From an uncultured Oscillospiraceae bacterium (GTDB lineage Bacteria > Bacillota > Clostridia > Oscillospirales > Oscillospiraceae): DNA of 64,000 nt. Below are positions 38,316 through 47,302 of the stretch, in pieces. The number at the start of each line of letters is the position of its first letter. The first letter of the stretch is position 1. The DNA lies in contig CAZGFK010000001.1 in the NCBI GenBank assembly GCA_964524815.1, positions 19,871 through 83,870 on the forward strand. The letters run 5' to 3'. Below the pieces are notes generated by a model. It did not search any database. It was not told where the DNA came from and saw nothing but the letters and a program-made list of their open reading frames with translations. A program made the position numbers and the translations under genes.

Positions 38316-38791
38316 AGCATGAAATATACTTAAGCCGTGAGTTGAGGGGATTAGGGCATAATAATTCCGCCGCGCTTATAAAAAAGGCCGTCAACATGGC
38401 GCTGGACGCAGAGGGTGTAAATGTGCCGTGCGCGGTGAGCGTTGTTTTGACGGATGATGAGGGCATACACCGCATAAACCGCGAGTATCGCGGCGTGGAC
38501 AGGCCAACGGATGTGTTGAGTTTTCCTATGAATGAGCTTGTACCCGGCGGATTTGACGCGGATATTTGCGAAAAGGATATGGATACCGGCGCTATCATGC
38601 TTGGTGATATGATGCTCTCCGTTCCCCGCTGTCAGGCGCAGGGTGAGGAATTCGGTCACGGGTATGACCGCGAGATTATGTATTTAACCGTGCATTCCGT
38701 TTTGCATTTGCTCGGCTACGACCATGTGGACGAGGGCGAAATGAAAAAGCAAATGCGCGCGAGAGAAAAAGCCATTATGGGCGATGAATAA
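38312..38791 (+). CDS. ybeY: rRNA maturation endoribonuclease YbeY
   Basis: ATGA overlap with phoH. The zinc motif HSVLHLLGYDH is present. Confidence 0.93.
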   Translation: MKHEIYLSRELRGLGHNNSAALIKKAVNMALDAEGVNVPCAVSVVLTDDEGIHRINREYRGVDRPTDVLSFPMNELVPGGFDADICEKDMDTGAIMLGDMMLSVPRCQAQGEEFGHGYDREIMYLTVHSVLHLLGYDHVDEGEMKKQMRAREKAIMGDE

Positions 38792-38803
38792 AGGAGAAAA
38801 ACC

Positions 38804-39694
38804 ATGGAAAAATCAGCGATGATAACTATATGCGGCAGACCCAATGTGGGCAAATCCACGCTGACAAACGCGCTCGTCGGGGAGAAAATCGCAATAGTAT
38901 CCAATAAACCGCAGACAACGCGCAACCGCATTACCGCCATTGTGGAGCGCGGTGAAACGCAGCTTGTGCTTATGGATACTCCGGGCTTTCATAAGCCGCG
39001 CACCCGCCTGGGCGATTACATGGTGAATGTTGTGAGCCAAAGCGTGGCCGATGTTGACCTTGTGTTACTGCTTGTTGAGCCTATAGCGGAGATAGGCAAG
39101 CAGGAAGAAGCGCTCATAGCGCGCATTAAGGAAACAGGCGCACCGGCCGTGCTTGTTATAAACAAGATAGATTCCGTTGAAAAAACGAGGATTTTAGAGG
39201 TTATGGCGCTGTATTCCAATGCGTATGACGGCTTTGCGTCCATTATTCCCATTTCCGCAAAAACGGGCGAAGGGCTTGAAGAGCTTCTTAACGAAATGGA
39301 AAAGTACGCCGAGGAAGGGCCGCACCTTTTCCCCGAGGATATGATAACCGACCAGCCAGAGCGCCAGATTTGCGCCGAGCTTGTGCGCGAAAAGCTTTTG
39401 CAGTGCCTTGATAAAGAAATCCCGCACGGCACGGCGGTAGAGGTTACGCGCTTTTCCGAGCGCGACAACGGTATAATCGACCTTGAAGTGACAATTTACT
39501 GCGAAAAGGACAGCCACAAGGGCATTATCATCGGCAAAAAGGGCGCTATGCTAAAGCGTATCGGCGAGCTTGCTCGCGTTGATATCGAGGAATTTATGGG
39601 GACAAAGGTCAATTTACAAACCTGGGTTAAGGTCAAGGAAAATTGGCGCGATTCAATGTCACTTCTTCGCAATTTCGGCTTTAAGAATGAATAA
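38804..39694 (+). CDS. era: GTPase Era
   Basis: Carries G1 GRPNVGKSTL, G3 DTPG, G4 NKID, and a C-terminal KH domain (KGIIIGKKGAMLKRIG). Confidence 0.95.
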   Translation: MEKSAMITICGRPNVGKSTLTNALVGEKIAIVSNKPQTTRNRITAIVERGETQLVLMDTPGFHKPRTRLGDYMVNVVSQSVADVDLVLLLVEPIAEIGKQEEALIARIKETGAPAVLVINKIDSVEKTRILEVMALYSNAYDGFASIIPISAKTGEGLEELLNEMEKYAEEGPHLFPEDMITDQPERQICAELVREKLLQCLDKEIPHGTAVEVTRFSERDNGIIDLEVTIYCEKDSHKGIIIGKKGAMLKRIGELARVDIEEFMGTKVNLQTWVKVKENWRDSMSLLRNFGFKNE

Positions 39695-39771
39695 GGTCAT
39701 GATTTATTCGCGCTAATATATACCATTGCTAACGCGCGAAAGGGTGCAGATAATAAAGCCGAGGTGGTTTT

Positions 39772-39921
39772 ATGGAGAAAGACGCTGTTTGGCAGGCTTT
39801 CAGCGAAACCGGCGACCCGGTTTATTATCTGCTGTACAAATCCATGCACGACCCTGAAGAGAGAAAAAGAGAAACTTCTATGAGTAACAGGCCGGGTGAG
39901 CATCCCCGGCCGGAGGATTGA
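39772..39921 (+). CDS. yqzL: YqzL-like small protein (49 aa), absent from the ORF track
   Basis: A GAGGTGG RBS (39761-39767) precedes the start. MEKDAVWQAFSETGDPVYYLLYKSM... fits the W..F..TG.I..YLL(Y/F)K signature. It occupies the same era-yqzL-recO slot as in B. subtilis. Confidence 0.7.
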   Translation: MEKDAVWQAFSETGDPVYYLLYKSMHDPEERKRETSMSNRPGEHPRPED

Positions 39922-39932
39922 AGCATACATAT

Positions 39933-40679
39933 ATGTACGAAACCATGAAAGCGCTTGTTGTGCGCGAGGTGCGCTATAAGGAATCTGACAGGATAATCGA
40001 GCTTATAACGGATAAGCACGGCAAGCTCACCGCAAAAGCGCGCGGCGCGCTGAGAAAAACGAGCAAAACCTCTGCCGCGACCCAGCTTTTAACCTATTCG
40101 GATTTGACGCTGTTTTTCAATAAAGGCAAGTGGACGGTGAACGAGGGAACGGTTATAGAGGGATTTGACGCACTGCGCACGGATATTACAGCTCTCGCGC
40201 TCGGCTGTTATTTTGCCGAGTGTTTAGCCGCACTTTCAATTGAAGACCAACAAGACCCGCCTTTAATGCAGCTTGGATTAAATTCGCTTTTCGCACTCAG
40301 CCGTGAGCTTTATTCTCATGAGCATATCAAGGCCGCATTTGAGCTGCGCTTAATGTGCCTTGCCGGGTATACGCCGGAACTTAATGCGTGCGCCGTTTGC
40401 GGCAATCAAGCGCCCGAAAGCCCCGCTTTGAGCTTGGAAAGCGGTAGAATGTGCTGCCGCACCTGCCGCACGGCGGAGCTTGGCGCGACTGCGCCCTTAT
40501 GCCCGGCTTCGTTAAGCGCCATGCGCTATATAGCGTCTGCCGACCCCAAGCATATTTTTTCTTTTTCCATAGAAAAAGACGCGCAAAAAAAGCTTTCCGA
40601 GGCATCGGAGAACTATTTGCTTCGGCAAACGGAACGGAAATTTTCAACCCTGGATTATTATAAAAGCGTGCGCTTATAA
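39933..40679 (+). CDS. recO: DNA repair protein RecO
   Basis: An OB-fold N-terminus (ALVVREVRYKESDRII.L.T..HGKL...ARGA) is followed by the zinc motif CAVCG...CCRTC. The start is uncertain: ATG 39933 or 39945, and the track TTG is at 39918. Confidence 0.88.
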   Translation: MYETMKALVVREVRYKESDRIIELITDKHGKLTAKARGALRKTSKTSAATQLLTYSDLTLFFNKGKWTVNEGTVIEGFDALRTDITALALGCYFAECLAALSIEDQQDPPLMQLGLNSLFALSRELYSHEHIKAAFELRLMCLAGYTPELNACAVCGNQAPESPALSLESGRMCCRTCRTAELGATAPLCPASLSAMRYIASADPKHIFSFSIEKDAQKKLSEASENYLLRQTERKFSTLDYYKSVRL

Positions 40680-40699
40680 ACGCACTGCGGAGAAATACT

Positions 40700-43075
40700 A
40701 TGAGCTTTACCGAAAAATCATTACTAACGCTTGAGCTTCCCGCCGTTCTTGAAATGTTGTCTCACGAGGCAGTGAGCGAGGCGGCGAAGGAGCAAACCGC
40801 GCAGCTTTCCCCGGCGTATGAGCCGGCAGAGGTTAAGCGCCGCCAGGAAGAAACAAGCGCGGCGAAAACCATGATGACCGTGCGGCAAAATCCGTCCTTT
40901 TCAGGGGTGAAAGACGTTCGCCCATCGCTTTCGCGCGCTGAGCTGGGCGGCACACTCAATACGCGCGAGCTTATGGATATTGCGCGCGTACTGCAATGCG
41001 CGCGCCTTGTGCGTGGTTATATCGCGGATGACAGTGTAGGCAAAACGTGTATAGACAGCCTCTTTTATGCTCTTCGTGCAAATAAATTCTTGGAAGAGAA
41101 GATAAATACATCTATTGTAGGCGAAGAGGAGATAGCCGACAGCGCTTCTCCCGACCTTGCCACGCTCCGCCGCCAAATGCGCGCGGCGGCGGCGAGGGCG
41201 CGAGACGCTCTGCAAAAGATTATATCCTCGCCGAGCTATGCCAAGGCACTGCAAGAACCGATTATCACCATGCGCTCCGAGCGCTATGTAGTGCCGGTAA
41301 AGGCAGAGCATAAGGGCGCAGTGCCCGGGCTTGTACATGATATATCCGCGTCCGGCATGACGGTGTTTATAGAGCCTATGGCCGCTGTCAAGGCCAATAA
41401 CGAGCTACGTGAGCTTGCGGCAAAGGAAAAGCTTGAAATTGAACGCATCCTAGCCGAGCTTTCTGCCGACTGCGCCGAGCATAAGGACGATATTGAAACC
41501 GATTTTGATTTGCTTGTGCGCTTGGATATCATTTTCGCAAAGGCAAAGCTGTCGTATAAGCTTGACTGTCAACAGCCGGGCTTGGACGCAGAGCGCGGGA
41601 TTATACTCCGCCGCGCCCGCCACCCACTGCTTGAGCGCGAAAAGGCCGTCCCCATAAGCTTGGAGCTTGGAAGCGACTTTGATACCCTTGTTATTACAGG
41701 CCCTAACACCGGCGGTAAAACAGTTTCGCTCAAAACTATAGGCTTGCTTGCCGCTATGACGCAGTGCGGGCTTCATATTCCCGCCGCGGACGGGAGCAAT
41801 ATGCCCGTATTCTCGCATATCCTTGCCGACATCGGCGATGAGCAAAGCATAGAGCAAAGCCTGTCTACTTTTTCTGCACACATGACGAACATCGTCTCCA
41901 TACTTGACGAATGCGATGACCGCTCCCTGCTTCTCTTTGATGAGCTTGGCGCGGGCACAGACCCCACCGAGGGCGCAGCCTTGGCAATTGCGATTATAGA
42001 GAATGCGCGCCGTAAAGGCGCGATAATCGCCGCTACAACGCACTATGCTGAGCTTAAGGTGTACGCTACGAATGAGCCGGGAGTGCAGAATGCGTCCTGC
42101 GAATTTAACGTGGAAACCCTGCGCCCGACATACCATTTGCTTGTCGGCATACCGGGCAAATCAAACGCCTTTGCAATCTCCAAGCGCTTGGGGCTGGGGG
42201 ACGAGGTTATAAACGATGCCAAAGCGCGTATCAACATTGAAAGCGCCGACTTTGAAGCCACAATTGAAAAGCTGGAGCAGACGCGCCTACAGCTTGAAAA
42301 AGAGCGCGACGAAGTTGCCGCGAAGCTGAAAGCCGCCGAAGAGAGTGTAAAAAAAGCCGCCTTTTTGAAAGCCGAGCTTGAAGTGCGCCTTGAAAAGGCG
42401 GATCAGAAGTCCCGCCGCGAAGCAGAGCGTATTATAAGCGAGGCGCGCGCCACGGCTGAAAGCGTTTTTGCTGAGCTTGACGAGATGAAAAAGCACAATA
42501 ACGACGAGGACGATGCACAGCGCGTTAACCAAGCGCGCAGTGAGCTTCGCCGCCGCTTGAATGAACATGAAAACACGCTTCGCCCTGCCGCTTTGCCGAA
42601 AGAAGAGGAAAAGTCCTCGCGCGAGATCAGAGTAGGGGACACGGTAAAGATAAAGTCAATGGGTATGAAAGCGGAAGTGGTTTCCGTGTCGCCCGAAAGG
42701 GTGCTGACGCTTCGCGCGGGCATAATGAATGTAACTGCCAAGGAAGACGAAGTGCTGCTTTTAGAGAACGAGACAAAGAAGAAAAAAGTCTCCGTTTCTA
42801 CAGCGGCTGCCACTGCGCTGAGAACCGCAGTAGTCTCCTCGGAAATCGACCTGCGCGGTATGGAGGCGGCAGAGGGCGTGCTCGCGGCAGAGCGTTATAT
42901 CGACAGCGCCGTTATGTCAAAGCTCAAGACCGTCACCATTATTCACGGCAAAGGCACAGGTGTCTTGCGCGCGGCAATTCAGCAGATGCTAAAGAAGAAC
43001 AAAGCTGTTAAGTCTTTCCGATTGGGGCGTTACGGCGAGGGTGAAACAGGTGTAACTGTTGTCGAACTGAAATAA
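40700..43075 (+). CDS. mutS2: Endonuclease MutS2 (MutS domain plus C-terminal Smr)
   Basis: Walker A GPNTGGKTVSLKT, DELGAGTDP, a long coiled coil, and a C-terminal Smr domain (IDLRGM...IIHGKGTGVLR). Confidence 0.95.
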   Translation: MSFTEKSLLTLELPAVLEMLSHEAVSEAAKEQTAQLSPAYEPAEVKRRQEETSAAKTMMTVRQNPSFSGVKDVRPSLSRAELGGTLNTRELMDIARVLQCARLVRGYIADDSVGKTCIDSLFYALRANKFLEEKINTSIVGEEEIADSASPDLATLRRQMRAAAARARDALQKIISSPSYAKALQEPIITMRSERYVVPVKAEHKGAVPGLVHDISASGMTVFIEPMAAVKANNELRELAAKEKLEIERILAELSADCAEHKDDIETDFDLLVRLDIIFAKAKLSYKLDCQQPGLDAERGIILRRARHPLLEREKAVPISLELGSDFDTLVITGPNTGGKTVSLKTIGLLAAMTQCGLHIPAADGSNMPVFSHILADIGDEQSIEQSLSTFSAHMTNIVSILDECDDRSLLLFDELGAGTDPTEGAALAIAIIENARRKGAIIAATTHYAELKVYATNEPGVQNASCEFNVETLRPTYHLLVGIPGKSNAFAISKRLGLGDEVINDAKARINIESADFEATIEKLEQTRLQLEKERDEVAAKLKAAEESVKKAAFLKAELEVRLEKADQKSRREAERIISEARATAESVFAELDEMKKHNNDEDDAQRVNQARSELRRRLNEHENTLRPAALPKEEEKSSREIRVGDTVKIKSMGMKAEVVSVSPERVLTLRAGIMNVTAKEDEVLLLENETKKKKVSVSTAAATALRTAVVSSEIDLRGMEAAEGVLAAERYIDSAVMSKLKTVTIIHGKGTGVLRAAIQQMLKKNKAVKSFRLGRYGEGETGVTVVELK

Positions 43076-43131
43076 AATCGTCTGTTCAATCGCACCGCAA
43101 ATGTGTAAAACAACGAATCGAGCGAAATTTG

Positions 43132-43160
43132 TTGACGAAAACGCAAAAATTTGCTAGATT
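43132..43160 (+). promoter_or_regulatory. Sigma-A type promoter candidate (extended -10) for ptsH
   Basis: TTGACG (43132-43137), a 17-nt spacer, then TGcTAGATT (-10 at 43155-43160). Confidence 0.55.
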
Positions 43161-43228
43161 ATATCATAACCAATCGTGGTGAAAATAATATTAGAAGACA
43201 AAAAGAAGTTTTTTAAGGAGTGGCGAGT

Positions 43229-43492
43229 ATGATAAGCAAAGAAGTAGTCATCAACAATCAGGTAGGTCTTCACGCCAGACCCGCGACTTTCTTTATTCAG
43301 AAAGCCAACGAGTTCAAAAGCAGCATTTGGGTCGAGAAAGACGAGCGCCGTGTGAACGCTAAGAGCCTTCTCGGTGTGCTTTCTCTCGGCATAGTCAAAG
43401 GCACTGCCATCACCATTATTGCTGACGGCGCTGATGAAGACGAAGCCATTGCAACTCTTTCCGAGCTCATTGATTCCGACTTCTCGGAGTGA
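43229..43492 (+). CDS. ptsH: Phosphocarrier protein HPr
   Basis: An AAGGAG RBS lies upstream. The His15 site GLHARPA and the Ser46 site NAKSLLGVLSLG are both present. The protein is 87 aa. Confidence 0.93.
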   Translation: MISKEVVINNQVGLHARPATFFIQKANEFKSSIWVEKDERRVNAKSLLGVLSLGIVKGTAITIIADGADEDEAIATLSELIDSDFSE

Positions 43493-43518
43493 GCCGATAA
43501 TTCAACATTACGTATCAA

Positions 43519-43552
43519 GGGGCGTGGCATAACACGTCCCTTATATTATATT
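43519..43552 (+). terminator. Terminator-like hairpin after ptsH
   Basis: GGGGCGTG (43519-26) pairs with CACGTCCC (43533-40), with one G-U pair. A T/A-rich TTATATTATATT follows. Confidence 0.5.
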
Positions 43553-43562
43553 GAGGGGTCAT

Positions 43563-44435
43563 ATGAAAATTACGAAAGAATCCGCCGCTACGCTGGAAAT
43601 GCTTTTGTGCGCGGCCTTGTGGAGCGTGGCGGGGATATTTATAAAGCTCATCCCGTGGAACGGCTTTGCCGTTGCGGGAATGCGCAGTCTCATTGCCGCC
43701 GCAACCTTTGCCGTATATATGCTAATTACGAAAAAGCGCTATGTTTTCAATAAGCGAACGCTTTTAGGCGGGCTTTTTGCGGGAAGCGTTTACACCTGCT
43801 TTGCCGTTGCAAATAAGCTCACAACCGCGGCAAACGCGATAGTGTTGCAGTTTACAAGCCCTGTATTTATAGTCGTTTTCTCGGCGATATTTTTAAAAGA
43901 GAAAATCCGCCGCCGGGATTTAAGCGTTGTTTTTGCAACGCTTATCGGCATTTCGCTGTTCTTTTTCGATCAACTCAAGCCCGGATACATTCTCGGTAAC
44001 TTCGTTGCAATCGCAGCCGGGATGTTTATGGCTGGAATGTTTATCGTTGTCGGCAACCTAGAGGGGGAAGAGCGCTTCAGCGCCATATTGAACGGCCAAT
44101 TATTCACCTTTTTGGTGGGCTTACCTTTTATTATTGCGACAAAGCCTGTTTTTACGCCCGTTGCCACCGCGTCTATCCTTGTTCTCGGCGTTTTTCAGCT
44201 TGGCATATCGTATATACTCTATGTCAAGGCAACTCAGTATTGCCCGCCCTTGGCCTGCTGCCTTTTGGGCGCTTTAGAACCGCTTTTAAACCCCGTTTGG
44301 GTGCTCATCTTTGACGGGGAGCGCCCCGGCGTGTTTGCCCTTATCGGCGGCGTTATCGTTATAGTTTCCATAACCTTGTGGACGCTTTTGGGGCAACGCG
44401 GCGAGGATAAAACCGAAACAAAAAGCGAGGCATGA
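43563..44435 (+). CDS. EamA/DMT family transporter
   Basis: About ten hydrophobic helices form two EamA-like halves. A GAGGGG RBS precedes ATG 43563. Confidence 0.85.
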   Translation: MKITKESAATLEMLLCAALWSVAGIFIKLIPWNGFAVAGMRSLIAAATFAVYMLITKKRYVFNKRTLLGGLFAGSVYTCFAVANKLTTAANAIVLQFTSPVFIVVFSAIFLKEKIRRRDLSVVFATLIGISLFFFDQLKPGYILGNFVAIAAGMFMAGMFIVVGNLEGEERFSAILNGQLFTFLVGLPFIIATKPVFTPVATASILVLGVFQLGISYILYVKATQYCPPLACCLLGALEPLLNPVWVLIFDGERPGVFALIGGVIVIVSITLWTLLGQRGEDKTETKSEA

Positions 44436-44438
44436 TAA

Positions 44439-46256
44439 ATGCTTGACACTCTCAGCGAAAAAGCCAATAATCTGCCGCTTTTGCCGGGCGTGTACATTAT
44501 GCTTGACGAGCACGGAGAAGTGATATACGTAGGCAAGGCGAAGAAGCTTAAAAACCGCGTATCAAGCTATTTCCACGGCGAGCATTTGCCGAAAGTTGCG
44601 GCAATGGTGGAAAAGGTGCGCGATTTCAACGTCATAGTTGCGGGAAGCGAGTTTGAAGCACTTGTGCTGGAAAACTCCCTCATTAAGCGCCACAAGCCGA
44701 AATATAATATTCTCCTCAAAGACGATAAGGGCTATCCCTTTGTCCGCTTGGATATAAGAACCGAATACCCGCGCCTAAAGCTTGTCGGCAAACAAACAAA
44801 GGACGGCGCGCGCTATTTTGGCCCGTTCGGCGGGCGAAGCCAAACCTACGAGATAATAGAAACTATACAAAAAGCGCTTTTACTGCCGCAGTGCAACAAA
44901 ATCTTTCCTCGCGATATCGGCAAGGCGCGCCCCTGCCTTAACTATCAAATGGGCGTTTGCGCCGGGTGGTGCAGAGGAGAACCGGACGGGGACGAATATC
45001 GCCGCAGAATTGCACAGGCTCTGCTTATCCTAGAGGGAAAAAGCGAAGAACTGACGCGCGAGCTTAAAGAGAAAATGGAGCTTGCGGCAGAGGAGCTGCG
45101 CTTTGAATATGCCGCCGAGCTTCGCGACCGTCTGCGCGCTGTGGAAAGCCTTGCGAATAAGCAGCGCGTTATTTCCACCGCCTTTGCCGATACGGACGCT
45201 GTCGGCTTTGTGCGCGGTGCGAAGAGTTGTTTTGCCGTGCTGCACTTTGTAAACGGCGATCTTGTGGGGAAAGACGTTATAATGCTTGATGAACCCTTAG
45301 AGGATGACAGCGAGGCTGTGGCGGATTTGGTTTTGCAGTATTACACCGCGCACAGAGGCGGCTGGCCGAAGTCCGTGCTGCTTCCATGCGAAATTGATGC
45401 ACGCGAGGCGCTGGAAGAGCTTTTGAGCGAGGAGAGCGGACGGCGCATATATATTGACACTCCGAAGCGCGGCGAGCGTATGAGGCTCATTGAAAGCGCT
45501 CGGTTGAATGCGCGCGAGGAAATACAGCGCCGCACAACCGCCGCCCAACGCACGAGCAAAACTCTTGAATGGCTGCAAAAGGCCTTGGAGCTTGATGTGT
45601 TTCCCAAGCGCATAGAAGCCTTTGACGTTTCAAACCTCGGCGATACGGGCATAGTCGCGGCGATGACGGTTCACGTAGACGGAAAGCCTCTTAAACGCGC
45701 CTACAAGAAGTTTCGCATTAAGGATATGCCGATACGCGATGACTACGCCAGTATGCACCAAGCGGTTTACAGACGCTTTAAGCACTATGTAGACGGAGAT
45801 GAGAGCTTTTCCCCCTTGCCGGAGCTGCTGCTCATTGACGGCGGCGAAAATCATGCAAAAGAGGCCGTGAACGCACTTGCAAGCCTCGGATTATCCGTAC
45901 CAACCTACGGCATGGTAAAGGACGACAGACACCGCACACGCGCGCTGATTTCCCCCGAGGGGCACGAGATAGGCATAAGCTCAAATCCTGCTGTGTTTGC
46001 CCTTGTAGGGCGCATACAGGAAGAAACACACCGCTTTGCGATTGAATACCAACGTGCGCTCAGAAACGAGGGTTATGTTTCTCAGCTTGAAAAGATACCG
46101 GGCGTGGGTGCAAAGCGCAGGGCGGAGCTTTTGAAGTATTTCAAATCCGTCAAGGCCGTGAAAGAAGCGAGTATAGATCAACTTCGCCTTGTCGTACCCA
46201 AGAATACGGCTCTTGCGATATACGATTATTTTCACAGCGAAACAGGAGATAAATAG
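44439..46256 (+). CDS. uvrC: Excinuclease ABC subunit C
   Basis: GIY-YIG (PGVYIMLDEHGEVIYVGKAKKLKNRV), a UVR domain (FEYAAELRDRL), an RNase H-like endonuclease domain, and the C-terminal HhH2 (IPGVGAKRRAELL). Confidence 0.96.
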   Translation: MLDTLSEKANNLPLLPGVYIMLDEHGEVIYVGKAKKLKNRVSSYFHGEHLPKVAAMVEKVRDFNVIVAGSEFEALVLENSLIKRHKPKYNILLKDDKGYPFVRLDIRTEYPRLKLVGKQTKDGARYFGPFGGRSQTYEIIETIQKALLLPQCNKIFPRDIGKARPCLNYQMGVCAGWCRGEPDGDEYRRRIAQALLILEGKSEELTRELKEKMELAAEELRFEYAAELRDRLRAVESLANKQRVISTAFADTDAVGFVRGAKSCFAVLHFVNGDLVGKDVIMLDEPLEDDSEAVADLVLQYYTAHRGGWPKSVLLPCEIDAREALEELLSEESGRRIYIDTPKRGERMRLIESARLNAREEIQRRTTAAQRTSKTLEWLQKALELDVFPKRIEAFDVSNLGDTGIVAAMTVHVDGKPLKRAYKKFRIKDMPIRDDYASMHQAVYRRFKHYVDGDESFSPLPELLLIDGGENHAKEAVNALASLGLSVPTYGMVKDDRHRTRALISPEGHEIGISSNPAVFALVGRIQEETHRFAIEYQRALRNEGYVSQLEKIPGVGAKRRAELLKYFKSVKAVKEASIDQLRLVVPKNTALAIYDYFHSETGDK

Positions 46257-46793
46257 ATGAGAGTTATTACAGGCTCGGCGCGCGGCAGGCGCTTAAAAAC
46301 CCCGGATAATTACGACATTCGCCCGACAACGGACAATGTAAAGGAAGCGCTTTTCAACATCATTCAGTTTGATATTGAGGGGCGGCGTGTGCTGGATTTG
46401 TTCGCCGGGACAGGGCAGCTCGGTATAGAATGCCTCAGCCGAGGTGCGGCGGAAGTCGTATTTACGGATGAGAGCAGCGTGGCAGCGAAGATAGTAAAAG
46501 AAAATCTCAAAACCTGCGGCCTGACGGCCACGGTTTTGCAGACGGATGCGCTCGCTTTTTTACGCAGTGGGCAGAAGTTCGATGTTATTCTTATTGACCC
46601 GCCGTATGATTCAACTTTGTATGAAGAAGTCTTGAAAACCATCAATTTGGTTGACATATTGTCGGATGGTGGTATAATAATAGTTGAAGCTCGCCGAGAT
46701 AAAGAGCTTCCGGAGCTCTCTGAGCCTTATAAAAAAGTGCGTGAATACGTTTACGGCAAGGTTAAGCTTTGTAAATACGTTAAAGCTTCTTAA
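46257..46793 (+). CDS. rsmD: 16S rRNA (guanine966-N2)-methyltransferase RsmD
   Basis: MRVITGSARGRRL, LDLFAGTGQLGIE and IDPPY motifs. Confidence 0.93.
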   Translation: MRVITGSARGRRLKTPDNYDIRPTTDNVKEALFNIIQFDIEGRRVLDLFAGTGQLGIECLSRGAAEVVFTDESSVAAKIVKENLKTCGLTATVLQTDALAFLRSGQKFDVILIDPPYDSTLYEEVLKTINLVDILSDGGIIIVEARRDKELPELSEPYKKVREYVYGKVKLCKYVKAS

Positions 46794-46807
46794 TTGGGAG
46801 GCGCAGT

Positions 46808-47302
46808 ATGAGAACTGCTATTTGTCCGGGTAGCTTCGACCCGATTACGCTTGGGCATCTTGATGTTATATCCCGCGCAGCCAAAATATTTGACGAGGTT
46901 ATTGTATGCGTGATGAAAAACGCATCCAAAACTTCCCCGATGTTCTGCGTTGAGGAGCGCGCGGATATGGTTCGCCGCGTCACGGCGAAATATCCTAATG
47001 TCCGTGTGGAGACTCCGGACGGGCTTTTGGCCGAGTATGCCAAGAGCTATAAGGGCTGCACGGTTGTGAAAGGGCTTCGAGCGGCTTCCGATTTTGACTA
47101 TGAATTTCAAATGGATCTCCTCAATAAGAAGATTAACCCCGAAATGGAAACCATGTTTCTCACGGCGAGCGCGAAGTTTACGTTTTTAAGCTCGTCCATG
47201 GTGCGCGAAATGGCAAAGTACAATGCGGACTTAACCGGCTTGGTGCCGGATGAAATAATAGGCGACATTCAAAACAAAGCTTTGCAATGGAGGAATGGTT
47301 AA
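46808..47302 (+). CDS. coaD: Pantetheine-phosphate adenylyltransferase
   Basis: AICPGSFDPITLGHLD (HxGH-type) and SSSMVRE motifs. Confidence 0.95.
   Translation: MRTAICPGSFDPITLGHLDVISRAAKIFDEVIVCVMKNASKTSPMFCVEERADMVRRVTAKYPNVRVETPDGLLAEYAKSYKGCTVVKGLRAASDFDYEFQMDLLNKKINPEMETMFLTASAKFTFLSSSMVREMAKYNADLTGLVPDEIIGDIQNKALQWRNG

Noticed and set aside
43076-43176. Four AATCG pentamers and a possible cre (CcpA) box upstream of ptsH. There is also an 18-codon ORF (MCKTTNRAKFVDENAKIC).
   Set aside because: The pentamer spacing is irregular (12, 28 and 56 nt). The best cre-like stretch (TGTAAAACAACGAA) lacks the central CG in register. The mini-ORF has no RBS and overlaps the promoter.
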